Both the position numbers and the translations under genes were made by a program. Below, in pieces: positions 31,942 to 42,203 of a stretch of DNA of 64,000 nt. Source of the stretch: a bacterium (GTDB lineage Bacteria; Patescibacteriota; Minisyncoccia; 2-01-FULL-47-10; JBBIMT01). Every line of letters starts with the position of its first letter. The first letter of the stretch is position 1. Where the stretch lies: NCBI GenBank assembly GCA_037443185.1, contig JBBIOV010000003.1, positions 5,458 through 69,457 of the forward strand, read 5' to 3'. The notes under the pieces were generated by a model that saw nothing but the letters and a program-made list of their open reading frames with translations, did no database searches and was not told the origin of the DNA.

Positions 31942-32892
31942 ATGACCATAAAACAAGTATACAATTTAGCGATTAATATAGGAATTAAAAACGATTTTCG
32001 TTCAAAAGTACAGATCAATAAAATTTTAGCTCGACAGAAAAAGAAGTTTGAAAAATTATCTAAAGAAGAAAAAGAAGTTTTTGATATTGAAATTTTACAT
32101 AATCCATATTCTGACACGAGAATTTTATTTGGCGATTTAAATAAAAAAGTAAAGAAAGTGTTAGTAGGTATTGATATTGCTGGCGATGAACTTTTATTGG
32201 CTGATAAACTGGGTGATATTGATTTAGTTATCGCTCATCATCCAATAGGACGGGCGCTTGCTGGACTTGATGAAGTAATGCATTATCAGGCGGATATATT
32301 AGCTTATTATGGAATACCTATAAATATTGCCGAAAGTCTTTTAAAAACAAGAGTAGATGAAGTAGCGCGTAATCTTTCGCCAATCAATCATAATCGCACT
32401 GTTGATATGGCACGACTTTTAAATATTTCTTTAATGTGTGTTCATACACCTACTGATAATTTGGTGGCTCGATTTGTAGAAAAGGAGATAAAAAAAGAAA
32501 ATCCAGAATATGTTGAGGATTTGATGAATCTTTTAAAAAAAATCCCAGAATACAAGGAAGCGACAAAAGAAAAAATGGGGCCTGAGCTTTTCGCTGGATC
32601 TCTGGATAATCGTTGCGGTAAAATTGCTCTTACAGAGATTACAGGCGGTACCGAAGGATCTCCTAAAATCTATCACGAAATGGCTCATGGAGGGATTGGT
32701 ACTATCGTGGGAATGCATATGTCAGAAAAACATACTGAAGAGGTAAAAAAAGCCCACATTAATGCTGTTATCGCTGGTCACATGTCTTCTGATTCTTTGG
32801 GGATGAATTTATTTTTAGATGAGCTTGAGCGGTGTAATATAAAAATTATACCGACATCAGGACTAATTAGAGTTTCGCGCGTCAAAAAATAA
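31942..32892 (+). CDS. NIF3 (NGG1p interacting factor)-like protein
   Basis: NPYSDTRI, VLVGID, IAHHP, HTPTDN and AGHMSSDSLG motifs. Confidence 0.85.
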   Translation: MTIKQVYNLAINIGIKNDFRSKVQINKILARQKKKFEKLSKEEKEVFDIEILHNPYSDTRILFGDLNKKVKKVLVGIDIAGDELLLADKLGDIDLVIAHHPIGRALAGLDEVMHYQADILAYYGIPINIAESLLKTRVDEVARNLSPINHNRTVDMARLLNISLMCVHTPTDNLVARFVEKEIKKENPEYVEDLMNLLKKIPEYKEATKEKMGPELFAGSLDNRCGKIALTEITGGTEGSPKIYHEMAHGGIGTIVGMHMSEKHTEEVKKAHINAVIAGHMSSDSLGMNLFLDELERCNIKIIPTSGLIRVSRVKK

Positions 32893-32912
32893 TTTAATAT
32901 TTTAAAATGATG

Positions 32913-32963
32913 AACAAAAACCCTTGGGGCTTTTTTCAAATAATTTTCCCAAGGGTTTTTGTT
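32913..32963. terminator. Bidirectional intrinsic terminator between convergent genes
   Basis: AACAAAAACCCTTGGG...CCCAAGGGTTTTTGTT inverted repeat. Confidence 0.75.
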
Positions 32964-33026
32964 TTGTCGCGACTTAAAATTATTATAATCTAAAAAAAAA
33001 TTTTGGCAATATTATTTTAATTTTTT

Positions 33027-34916
33027 TTATGTATGAGTCTTTAAGAGTTTTAAAAAAGTCTCTCTTGTTAATGTAACTTTTCCAAATTTTTTTTGTTCTT
33101 TTTTTGTCTCTTTTTGTTTTTGCCATTTTTTCATTTTTCGCGTGATATCGCCGCCATACATCCAGGAAGTTAAATCATGAGTAATGGCCCGAATATTTTC
33201 TCTAGCCAATATCTTTCCGCCAACTTTCCCTTGAATTGCTACTGAAAATTGTTGTGGTGGAATAATCTCCTTTAATTTTTTACAATTTTTTCTTGCTATA
33301 CTTTGGGCTTTTTGAGCGGGAACTATTTTAGAAAATGGTTCTATAACTTCGTAATGTACCAAAAATTCTAATTTAACTAAATCACCTGGACGATATTCCA
33401 AAAATTCATAATCGAAAGAAGCATATCCAGAAGAAATACTTTTTAATTTATCATGAAAGTCTTCCATTATATCTGCCAGCGGAACTTCAAAATGAATATT
33501 TATGGTTTTTTCATCGATATTTTCTAAATGCAAAAATTTACTTCTGTAATTATTCATTAAATCCATCACAGCGCCTAAATACAAAGTGGGAGTTGTGATA
33601 ATTAAAGCGATCCATGGTTCTTTGATTTCAATAATTTTCTCGCGTGGCGGCAAATATGCTGGCACTGTCACTATTTTATTGAAAATTTTCCCTCCTTCTT
33701 TATAAACAACTTCATAAGCAACGGAAGGAGAAGTGGTAATCACATTAACATCAAAATCTCTTTTTAATCTTTCTAAAATTATTTCCAAATGTAAAGATCC
33801 AAGTGCGCCAATTCTAAAACCTCTACCTAAAATTCCTGAAGCTTCATATTCAAAAGTTAAAGCCGCGTCATTTAGTCGTAATTTTTCAAGCGCTCCCTTC
33901 AGACTAGCAAATTCGTTTTCATTCATAGGATAAAAAGAAGCAAAGACATTCGGTTTTGGTTCAATGTAACTGGTAATTGGTTCAAGTTTAAAGTTTAAAG
34001 TTTGAGCATCAAAAACAATAGTATCACCAACGCGGCATTGATGGATATCTTTTAGTCCTGTAACGATGTAGCCTATTTCTCCGTTTTTAAGAATACCCGT
34101 TGGCGTTAATTGTGGAGAAAAAATTCCAACTTCTTTTACTTCAGTTTTGGCACCTGAACCAAGAAGATATATTTTATCTTGATTTTTAATTGAACCGTCA
34201 AAAACTCTTACATAAGCAATAACACCTTTATAGGGATTATATTCAGAATCAAAAATTAATGCTTTGAAAATGTTTTGGTCGTTTAATGGTTTTGGCGGTG
34301 GAATTTGATAAATAACAGCTTCCAAAAGATCTTTAACCCCTTTTCCAGTTTTTGCGGAAATTTCAAAGATTTCCTCTTCTGGAATTTCTGTTAAATGAGT
34401 TATCTGTTTTTTAATACGTTTTACTTCAGCTTGAGTAATGTCTACTTTATTTATTGCGGCAATGATTTTTAAATTTTCTTTTTTGGCTAACTTATAATGA
34501 CTTACTGTTTGAGCTTGAACTCCTTTGACTACTTCAACAAGTAAAATTGCGCCCTCTACAGCTTTTAAAGCGCGGGATACTTCGTAAGAAAAATCTGTAT
34601 GCCCTGGAGTGTCGATTAAATTTAAAATATATTCTGAAGTTACTTTTTCTAAATCCGATCCAATCTGTAATTTAGAATTTAACTTTTGTTTATCATATAG
34701 AGATTCGAATTGACGATTAACTAACTTATATATCATACGAACAGGATGCATTCGTACTGTTATTCCTCGTTCTCTTTCAAGGCCCATTGAATCTAAAAAT
34801 TGTGGCATTAATTTTGTTTTATCAACTGTTCCAGTAATTTCTAAAAATCGATCTGCTAAAGTTGATTTACCGTGGTTAATATGAGCAATAATGCAAAAAT
34901 TTCTTATGTTATTCAT
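33027..34916 (-). CDS. lepA: Elongation factor 4 (LepA)
   Basis: IRNFCIIAH..HGKSTLADR, NLIDTPGH, NKVD and YGGDITRK motifs. Confidence 0.95.
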   Translation of the reverse strand: MNNIRNFCIIAHINHGKSTLADRFLEITGTVDKTKLMPQFLDSMGLERERGITVRMHPVRMIYKLVNRQFESLYDKQKLNSKLQIGSDLEKVTSEYILNLIDTPGHTDFSYEVSRALKAVEGAILLVEVVKGVQAQTVSHYKLAKKENLKIIAAINKVDITQAEVKRIKKQITHLTEIPEEEIFEISAKTGKGVKDLLEAVIYQIPPPKPLNDQNIFKALIFDSEYNPYKGVIAYVRVFDGSIKNQDKIYLLGSGAKTEVKEVGIFSPQLTPTGILKNGEIGYIVTGLKDIHQCRVGDTIVFDAQTLNFKLEPITSYIEPKPNVFASFYPMNENEFASLKGALEKLRLNDAALTFEYEASGILGRGFRIGALGSLHLEIILERLKRDFDVNVITTSPSVAYEVVYKEGGKIFNKIVTVPAYLPPREKIIEIKEPWIALIITTPTLYLGAVMDLMNNYRSKFLHLENIDEKTINIHFEVPLADIMEDFHDKLKSISSGYASFDYEFLEYRPGDLVKLEFLVHYEVIEPFSKIVPAQKAQSIARKNCKKLKEIIPPQQFSVAIQGKVGGKILARENIRAITHDLTSWMYGGDITRKMKKWQKQKETKKEQKKFGKVTLTRETFLKLLKTHT

Positions 34917-34936
34917 AAAATTAAAAACCTCTTAAG

Positions 34937-36574
34937 TTAAAATATTTTTTTATTTAAAATTTCCCAAATATCATCAACAGGTTTTATTTTTAGTGCTTTA
35001 GCAATAAGAATATACGCCAAAATTCCTAAAAATCCAGCAAAAAGTCCTTGCATAAATATCGGAATAACTGTTTTACCTGAAAATAAAATTTTTAGCGGTA
35101 CATCAAAAATTCTTAAAGCAAAATAAATTATTGGAGCCATTATTCCTGAAGCGATAACCATTTTAACCCAGGAGCGAGTAATTTCAGACATTATCATGCC
35201 ATTTAATTTAATATCAAGTAAAAGCCATAAAATAATGAATTGGGTTAAAGCCGATATCGAAAAAGCTAAAGCTAAAACCACTACCATAGGTAAAAACGGG
35301 TCCTTAATTCCTTCTATTTTTAAAATTATTTTTAACAAAGTATAGAAGCTTTGATCTGTTTTAACTAAATTAATAAAGTAAAATGCCAAAAAAATATTAA
35401 TAAGGTTTCCTAAAATACCAATTATCACTGGAGTTGCGGTATTTTTCAACGCAAAAAATGCTCGCGACAAAAGTGGGATTAAGCTTTGGGCAAAAAGACT
35501 TAAAGAAAAAAGGCCTACTGTTGCGGCAGTAACTTTTGTACAATCCCAATCACACTCACCATATCCGGCTATTACTCTTACTATTTGCGCTCTTAACGAA
35601 ACGAAAATTACCGCGCCAGCCAATGACCAAAACAAAATTTGTAAAAAAACCTGCGAAAAATATTTTAAAAAATTATTTTTCTGTTCTGTATCGCCTTTTG
35701 CGCTTTTTGCTAAAGAAGGAAAAACAGCAGTAGCAAAAGAAATGCCAACTAGGCCAGTCACTACAGTTGCAATGTCAAACGCTGAAGAAAAAATTCTTAC
35801 ACTGCCTTGAGAAATAGTAGAAGCCAATGCTACCATAACGATAAAATTTATTTTATCAGCAAACATTCCAAAAGTTCTTGGTATAGTTAACAAAATAGTT
35901 TCTTTGACTTTGTTTAAAATTAATTTATTAAAACTGAAAGAAATTTTATACCCTTCTTTTAAGGCAGGAAATACTTGCACCGCAAATTGTAAAGCCGCTC
36001 CCATTACTACTCCAAAAGCAAAACCATCAGCGCCTAATAAATTATGAAATACGGTTAAACCTAAAATTACGCTGGCTTGATATAACACCGGTGTTAAGGC
36101 GTAAACAAAAAAATAATGAAAACTTTGCAAGATAGAACCAAAGATACTTGAAAGTCCCAAAAATATCGGCTGTAACAACATAATTCTTGTTAAATGAATA
36201 GTCATTTCTTTTGCTTCTTGAGAAAAACCAGGCACAATAATATTAATGATAGCTGGTGCAAAGATTGAAGCTAATAAAGCCCCAACTGACACTAAAGTAG
36301 TGATAAAAATTAATAGAACATTTGCGTATTTGAAGGCATCTTCTTTAGATTTTTGATAAAGTTGTAAGAAAATAGGGATGAAAACCGTTGACATCGCTCC
36401 AAAGATAATCAAAGTAAATAAAAAATCAGGCAAAACAAAAGCAGCGGTAAAAATATCGCCTTCTTGCGCTTTAAACGCCCATAAAATTATTCCCTTTTTG
36501 AAGGCGCTTAAAATTCCTGAAGTTAAACTTAAAAGCGCAATTGTTAAAGCGCCTTTAAATATTTTTTTTTGCAC
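34937..36574 (-). CDS. murJ: Lipid II flippase MurJ
   Basis: DIFTAAFVLPD, FIPIF, RAFFALKNTATP motifs and ~14 TM. Confidence 0.9.
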   Translation of the reverse strand: MQKKIFKGALTIALLSLTSGILSAFKKGIILWAFKAQEGDIFTAAFVLPDFLFTLIIFGAMSTVFIPIFLQLYQKSKEDAFKYANVLLIFITTLVSVGALLASIFAPAIINIIVPGFSQEAKEMTIHLTRIMLLQPIFLGLSSIFGSILQSFHYFFVYALTPVLYQASVILGLTVFHNLLGADGFAFGVVMGAALQFAVQVFPALKEGYKISFSFNKLILNKVKETILLTIPRTFGMFADKINFIVMVALASTISQGSVRIFSSAFDIATVVTGLVGISFATAVFPSLAKSAKGDTEQKNNFLKYFSQVFLQILFWSLAGAVIFVSLRAQIVRVIAGYGECDWDCTKVTAATVGLFSLSLFAQSLIPLLSRAFFALKNTATPVIIGILGNLINIFLAFYFINLVKTDQSFYTLLKIILKIEGIKDPFLPMVVVLALAFSISALTQFIILWLLLDIKLNGMIMSEITRSWVKMVIASGIMAPIIYFALRIFDVPLKILFSGKTVIPIFMQGLFAGFLGILAYILIAKALKIKPVDDIWEILNKKIF

Positions 36575-36616
36575 AATTTTTTTAAGGAAATTGGCTTTAC
36601 GATAAAGCAGTATTTC

Positions 36617-38899
36617 CTATTTTAAAAATGGCGAAAAATTTAAAGAAATTATTTCGTCGTATTTTAAAATTGTTTGGTAAGTGATTTTACCTTTTTCAAT
36701 ATTTAAATTATTTGGGAAATTCCAAGCGATACTCCAATTTTTTGGATAAAAAATATTGATAATGATTTTTTGATTTGTCATTCCGGGTTGTTTTTGGAGA
36801 TAAAGCTGATATTTAGGCTTTAAAAGATCTACTTTTACAACAGATAAATATTCAATTGCTACCTTTAATTCTTCTTTTGGTGAGACATAAGTCCAAGCGC
36901 CAAAAGTACTTTTCCCAGTTTCTTTAGCAATATAAAAACCGCTTGAATCAATAATTGTTGCTTTTTCTTGGGCTAAAATATCAGCGTCAGGACTAAACTT
37001 TGCTTTAATATAATCAATTCGCGGAGAGATAAATTCGATAGTATGGCCATTTGCTTTTAAAAGTTTTGATTCTAAAGGAGTATAAAATCTTAAGTAATTA
37101 GTGTTGACCCTGTTGTACCAATCATAAATAGAATCTCCTCCTAAGTGTTTTCTAATGACTTCAACATAATTTTTAACTAATCCCTTATCTGATATAGCAA
37201 TATTTAAATTAATAGTTTGTTCAATAACCCGATCAGTTTTATAGCCGCCTAAATTTGTATTAACCACTGCTAAATAATCTCCATCAAAATCTACTACCTT
37301 ACCAGACCAGCCTTGTGCTTCAACAAAATTTTGAAGCTTTTCATCATTAAAATAAAACATAATATCTTTTCTATCAAGCATATCTAAAATTTCGCTAAAA
37401 AAGTTAGCTAAATCATTAATCGTAAAGTGTGCAAATTTTTTAATTATCTCTTCTCCCAAATCGGCTAAAATTGTCTTTGGTTGTCTAAGATTTTTATCGT
37501 AATCTACTTCAACTTCGTATTGTAAAATATCAATAAAATTATCTTCGGTAATTAAGGCTTCGTGATTTTTTAAATAAATAGGCCCGGTGATTTTTAAAAG
37601 TGATTTTAAAAGTGCTGGTGTTATGGCAATTACTCCATCAGTAGTTTCGCCACCTGTTTTTTCGTAAAACCATTGAAGTTTCTTTGCTGAAGAAGGAAAA
37701 TCAAAGAACCAATTGGCATCATGAAAAGACCAAGCGGCGGAAATTTTTTGAATTGGTTGTGGTGGAATAATTAAGGCTCTAAGCTGTCCATCAATATTAT
37801 AAACATCATCTATTTTGAATTTTTTCACTATCCCATCATCTATTATCACAAAACCGTAAGATCCTATAAAACCACCCGTTGGTCTAATTTCAGAGGGATT
37901 TTGAAAGATGAGTAAATATGTTCGTGGATTATTGATGCCTAGAGCTTCTTCTAAAGATGGTAAAAAATCATTGAGAAAACGTGACAGATATTGAAAAGGT
38001 TCAACGATTTCTTTAATTTTACTTTCATATTTTCCTAGAGAAGGTGGTAAATTATTAAAATTGATTTCGTTCAGTAATTGTTGAGTATCATTTGATAACA
38101 AGTTAAATCTTTTTAGATTTGGTAAAATAGTACTAAATTTAATTGTTTCTTTACTGATTGAAGTTATTTTATCTATTAACATTGAAAAAATTTGTCCCAT
38201 TTCAGTTAAATTTTTGGCAATTTGTAAAAGCTTTTCGCCTTGGGTCAACTGTGTTGATATTACTGGCAAAGAAGCTAATAAAAATGTTGTCGTTTGGCTT
38301 AAATTGTCGATTTTTTCCTGAGCTTGAACTAATTTCTCAAGGGCGTTTGAAAAATTTAATGTAGCTTCAGAAAAAGATTTATTCTCTAAAGAGCTTGCCG
38401 CTTTAACAACATCAGAAATAAATTCTTTCCCTTTTCCTTTTATATATTCCTGTGTTAAATTTGCCTGATATAAATTAGCGCTTAAAGGAACTATCAGGGC
38501 AACTAAAATAGCTGATATACCAAACCTAATAGTAACTGCAAAATTTTTTAAACGAAAACTTTTTTGTCCGGAAATTCTATATCTTGGGTTTTCTTGCGGT
38601 GATTCTTGTTTTTGGTATGGTATTTCAGTTTCTTTTGAGATTGTTTGTTCATTTTGGGCATTTTGACTTTTTTCAAATTTGATTTCTTTTTTTGTTTCAA
38701 TTTTTATGAAATCTCTTTTTTCTTGTTCATTTAACTTCGGTTTTTGCTGATTTACTCGCTCAATAGTGATATGTGCTTCAAAGGGTAAAGGTTTTGATTT
38801 TTTTATAATATCAAATACTAAAACTTTTCCTTGTGATTGAGGATTTTGAGTAGATTTTAGTAAATTTTCTTTGTCTAACTTTACCCTGATTTCATCCAT
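36617..38899 (-). CDS. DUF4012 domain protein
   Basis: RTYLLIFQNPSEIRPTGGFIGSY, DANWFFDFPSSA and YLQKQPG motifs. Confidence 0.88.
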   Translation of the reverse strand: MDEIRVKLDKENLLKSTQNPQSQGKVLVFDIIKKSKPLPFEAHITIERVNQQKPKLNEQEKRDFIKIETKKEIKFEKSQNAQNEQTISKETEIPYQKQESPQENPRYRISGQKSFRLKNFAVTIRFGISAILVALIVPLSANLYQANLTQEYIKGKGKEFISDVVKAASSLENKSFSEATLNFSNALEKLVQAQEKIDNLSQTTTFLLASLPVISTQLTQGEKLLQIAKNLTEMGQIFSMLIDKITSISKETIKFSTILPNLKRFNLLSNDTQQLLNEINFNNLPPSLGKYESKIKEIVEPFQYLSRFLNDFLPSLEEALGINNPRTYLLIFQNPSEIRPTGGFIGSYGFVIIDDGIVKKFKIDDVYNIDGQLRALIIPPQPIQKISAAWSFHDANWFFDFPSSAKKLQWFYEKTGGETTDGVIAITPALLKSLLKITGPIYLKNHEALITEDNFIDILQYEVEVDYDKNLRQPKTILADLGEEIIKKFAHFTINDLANFFSEILDMLDRKDIMFYFNDEKLQNFVEAQGWSGKVVDFDGDYLAVVNTNLGGYKTDRVIEQTINLNIAISDKGLVKNYVEVIRKHLGGDSIYDWYNRVNTNYLRFYTPLESKLLKANGHTIEFISPRIDYIKAKFSPDADILAQEKATIIDSSGFYIAKETGKSTFGAWTYVSPKEELKVAIEYLSVVKVDLLKPKYQLYLQKQPGMTNQKIIINIFYPKNWSIAWNFPNNLNIEKGKITYQTILKYDEIISLNFSPFLK

Positions 38900-39049
38900 T
38901 GCGCATTTTTATTATATAAGTTTTTTCAAAAAAAGCCACTATAGACAACTAGGATTTAAGCTTAATAGCCAGATACTTAAAAATGTTACCCACTGCATTT
39001 GACAATTATAAAAATGGAAATTTTAAAGAAATATGATATGATAATTTTT

Positions 39050-39475
39050 ATGAAGGTTAAGATTAAAAGATTGGAGCCAAATATCAAATTACCCCAGTAC
39101 CAAACCAAAGGAGCGGTAGCATTTGATTTGGCGCCTAAAGACAAATTAATCCTAAAACCTAAAGAATGGAAGTTGGCGGCGACTGGATTAATTGTTAAAA
39201 CTCCTCCCGGGCATATGCTTTTAATTGCTCCGCGTAGTTCGCTTTTTATGAAAAAAGGTTTAGCGCTTGCCAACACTATAGGTATTATTGATCAAGATTA
39301 CTGTGGAGATAAAGATGAAATCAAGTTAGCTTTGATAAATTTAAGCGATAAAGAAGTTGAAATTAAAAAAGGAGAAAGAATAGCGCAAGGAGTGTTTGTG
39401 AAAATATCAAAAGTTCAATGGAAAGAAGTAAAAAAAATGGGCAAAAGCCGTGGAGGATTTGGTAGTACTGGCTAA
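39050..39475 (+). CDS. dut: dUTP diphosphatase
   Basis: AVAFDL, APRSS, GIIDQDY, RIAQ and RGGFGSTG motifs. Confidence 0.96.
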   Translation: MKVKIKRLEPNIKLPQYQTKGAVAFDLAPKDKLILKPKEWKLAATGLIVKTPPGHMLLIAPRSSLFMKKGLALANTIGIIDQDYCGDKDEIKLALINLSDKEVEIKKGERIAQGVFVKISKVQWKEVKKMGKSRGGFGSTG

Positions 39476-39533
39476 AAACTTAGATGAAGCATTAATTTTT
39501 AAGCACTTTTTAACTTCAAAGACTCCATAAAAT

Positions 39534-39604
39534 CGGGACATAGTATAATGGTAGTACGCATCCTTCGGGAGGATGTAGTCCCAGTTCGAATCTGGGTGTC
39601 CCGA
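39534..39604 (+). tRNA. tRNA-Pro (anticodon CGG), CCA not encoded
   Basis: Acceptor CGGGACA/TGTCCCG+A, anticodon arm CATCC-TTCGGGA-GGATG, T-arm CCCAG-TTCGAAT-CTGGG. Confidence 0.95.
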
Positions 39605-39614
39605 AAATAAAAAG

Positions 39615-40148
39615 ATGGCTTACAAAATTGCTTTTATTCGAACTCATGGAACTGGCAAAACAACGCTGGCTCATGATTTTGTTGTCGCGCTAAAAAAATC
39701 TCATATTGACGCTGATTTTTTAGGCGAAATAGCGCGGAAATGTCCTTTTCCCATCAATGAAGAAGCTACTGAAAAAGCACAAATTTGGATCATTCTCCAA
39801 CAAATCATCCAAGAAATTGAAGCTGAAGATAAAACAGATGTTTTAGTATGTGATCGCAGTGTTTTTGATGGTTATTGTTATTATGTAAATAAATTTGGCA
39901 GAAATAAGGCACTGGAAGCTTTAGTTTTGCAACATTTACAAACTTATGATTATATTATTAAAGTTTCAATTCGCAGAGGATTTTTAAAAAAAGATAAAGT
40001 CCGTTCTACATCAAAAACTTTTCAAAAAAAGATAGATCGTTTGATGGATAAACTACTAAAGAAATTAAAAATGAAGCATTTAACCCTAAAAGAATTTCAA
40101 AATTTAAACATTGTTAACATTTTAAAAAATCAAAAAAATAAAAAATGA
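39615..40148 (+). CDS. P-loop NTPase, AAA_28/nucleotide kinase-like
   Basis: IAFIRTHGTGKTT, E.AR.CPFPINE and VCDRSVFD motifs. Confidence 0.75.
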   Translation: MAYKIAFIRTHGTGKTTLAHDFVVALKKSHIDADFLGEIARKCPFPINEEATEKAQIWIILQQIIQEIEAEDKTDVLVCDRSVFDGYCYYVNKFGRNKALEALVLQHLQTYDYIIKVSIRRGFLKKDKVRSTSKTFQKKIDRLMDKLLKKLKMKHLTLKEFQNLNIVNILKNQKNKK

Positions 40149-40169
40149 ATAACTTAACTTTTTAAAATT

Positions 40170-41438
40170 ATGGAAAAACAAAAACAAAATCAAAATAAAA
40201 ATAAGAAAAATGTCATTTTTCTAGGGTGGACTTCTTTTTTTACAGATATCAGTTCGGAAATGATTTTTCCTGTTTTGCCGATATTTTTAAAAAATATTTT
40301 AAACACCCCTTTCTTTTTAATTGGTCTTATTGATGGGGTAGCGGAATTTGTAAGCGCAATCTTGAAATATTTATCAGGCATTATCAGTGATGCTATTCAA
40401 AAACGCAAATTGCTTGCTGTTATCGGCTATGGACTGTCGGCTTTATCAAAATTTTTCTTTTTCTTGGCAGGTTCTTGGGTTTTTGTTTTGTTTTTAAGGG
40501 TAATAGATCGAGTTGGTAAAGGTATTCGCACAACCCCACGAGACGCTTTAATTTCCGAATCGGTATCTGATAAAGAAAAAGGTAAGTATTTCGGACTTCA
40601 TCGGGCGATGGATAGCGCTGGCGCTTTTATTGGAGTAATTTTAAATATTTTAATTTTATATCTTCTACAAACTAAATTCTTTTGGGATTTGGAAACTGCT
40701 GTTCGTGGTATATTTTTATTTTCTTTTATTCCAGCTCTAATTGGCGTAATTTTGCTTTTGATTTTTGTTAAAAATGTTAAAAGCAATAAAAACAGCGAGA
40801 CTGTAAAAAACAAAAAAAGCTATAGATTTTCATTTAATTTAAAAGGATTTTCGCGTAATTATTTTTTAGCGATTATCACTTTGGGCATTTTATCACTAGG
40901 TAATATCAGCTATTCTTTTTTCCTTTTAAAAGGCGAGGATATAGTGGGTGCGGTATTTATTTTGCCTATCTTTTATCTTATTTACAATCTATTTTATGCG
41001 CTTACTTCTTATCCGGCGGGAAAATTTTCAGATAAATTGGGCAGAATTAAAACTTTAATCTTTGGTTTTTTTATTTTCTTCATCGCTTTAATTAGCGCGG
41101 CTTTTGTTGATAATGCTTGGCTAATTTGGGGCGTATTTATTTTATTTGGCACATCTGTTGGTATAACCGATTCTGTAAGCAAGGCTTTTATTTCTGATTT
41201 AATGAAAAAAGAACGTGGCGGCGAAGCGTTTGGGTTGTATTATGGAGTAAGCGGTGTTTGCTCACTGATTGGGAATTTTTTAGTCGGATTCCTCTGGGAT
41301 AAAGTTGACTCTTTTATTGCTTTTTTGGTTCCAGCGGGATTTATTTTAATTGGTATCTTAATGTTAGCCATATTTTTCAAACGCCATCAATTTACTCCCC
41401 AAACATATAGTCCTGAATCATTTAAAGGTTATAGATAA
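40170..41438 (+). CDS. MFS transporter
   Basis: SFFTDISSEMI, DRVGKGIRTTPRDALI and GKFSDKLGR motifs; 12 TM. Confidence 0.92.
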   Translation: MEKQKQNQNKNKKNVIFLGWTSFFTDISSEMIFPVLPIFLKNILNTPFFLIGLIDGVAEFVSAILKYLSGIISDAIQKRKLLAVIGYGLSALSKFFFFLAGSWVFVLFLRVIDRVGKGIRTTPRDALISESVSDKEKGKYFGLHRAMDSAGAFIGVILNILILYLLQTKFFWDLETAVRGIFLFSFIPALIGVILLLIFVKNVKSNKNSETVKNKKSYRFSFNLKGFSRNYFLAIITLGILSLGNISYSFFLLKGEDIVGAVFILPIFYLIYNLFYALTSYPAGKFSDKLGRIKTLIFGFFIFFIALISAAFVDNAWLIWGVFILFGTSVGITDSVSKAFISDLMKKERGGEAFGLYYGVSGVCSLIGNFLVGFLWDKVDSFIAFLVPAGFILIGILMLAIFFKRHQFTPQTYSPESFKGYR

Positions 41439-41902
41439 AACAAACTTACGCACTTAAGAATGTTATTTAAAAAGGAAAAAATTTTGATCCAAGTATTACT
41501 ACAAAGGTCGGATCTGCTTTAAAGACCCACCCTATTCATTTTTGGAAGTTTACTGGGTATAGACCAACCTTTAATAGTTAAAGTGAGTTGATTATAAAAT
41601 TTAATAAAATTAAACATCTTATTCTTTTTATAAAAGAGGTCAAAATGTAAAAACTCATTTTTCTTGGCGTGCAGTCTCTTTTTTGCATATTGGGAATATT
41701 ATTGATAATGTTTTTTGGCTTCATTTTTCTGGATATTCTAGCTAAATAAGAGAAGTACTCTGAGTTATTTTTTGGCGCCATAAAAGGGCAAATAAATATT
41801 TGTCCTTTTGTTATTTCAGAAATTATCTCTATTACATAATTTTTTTTGCTTCCAGAGTCCCTAATTCAAAAATTCAAAGAAAACAGGACAATAATAAATA
41901 AT

Positions 41903-42187
41903 TTAAAATAAATTATTACCCACAATTTCTTCCTCTGTTTGTTTTTTTATTTTTTGAGTGTTGGATTTTAAGTCTTCGGAGTTTTTTTGGTTGATGCCAA
42001 ATTTTTTCTTTATTTCAATTATTTTATTCTCGGTTTCTTTTAATCTCTCTCTACAAAGACGCGCAAGTTCCAACCCTCTTTCGAATTTTTTTAGCCCTTC
42101 TTCTAAATCAATTTCTCCAGCTTCAAATTCAGCTGTTATTTTTCTTAATTCTTCAAATGCTTTTTTAAAACTAAAATCTTTTTTCAT
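41903..42187 (-). CDS. xseB: Exodeoxyribonuclease VII small subunit
   Basis: FKKAFEEL..I...E.GEIDLEEGLKKFERGLEL; adjacent to xseA. Confidence 0.92.
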   Translation of the reverse strand: MKKDFSFKKAFEELRKITAEFEAGEIDLEEGLKKFERGLELARLCRERLKETENKIIEIKKKFGINQKNSEDLKSNTQKIKKQTEEEIVGNNLF

Positions 42188-42203
42188 AAAAAATAAAAAC
42201 AAT

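Noticed and set aside
39534-41900. Genomic island integrated at tRNA-Pro
   Set aside because: No duplicated tRNA 3' end or integrase found, and composition matches the backbone.
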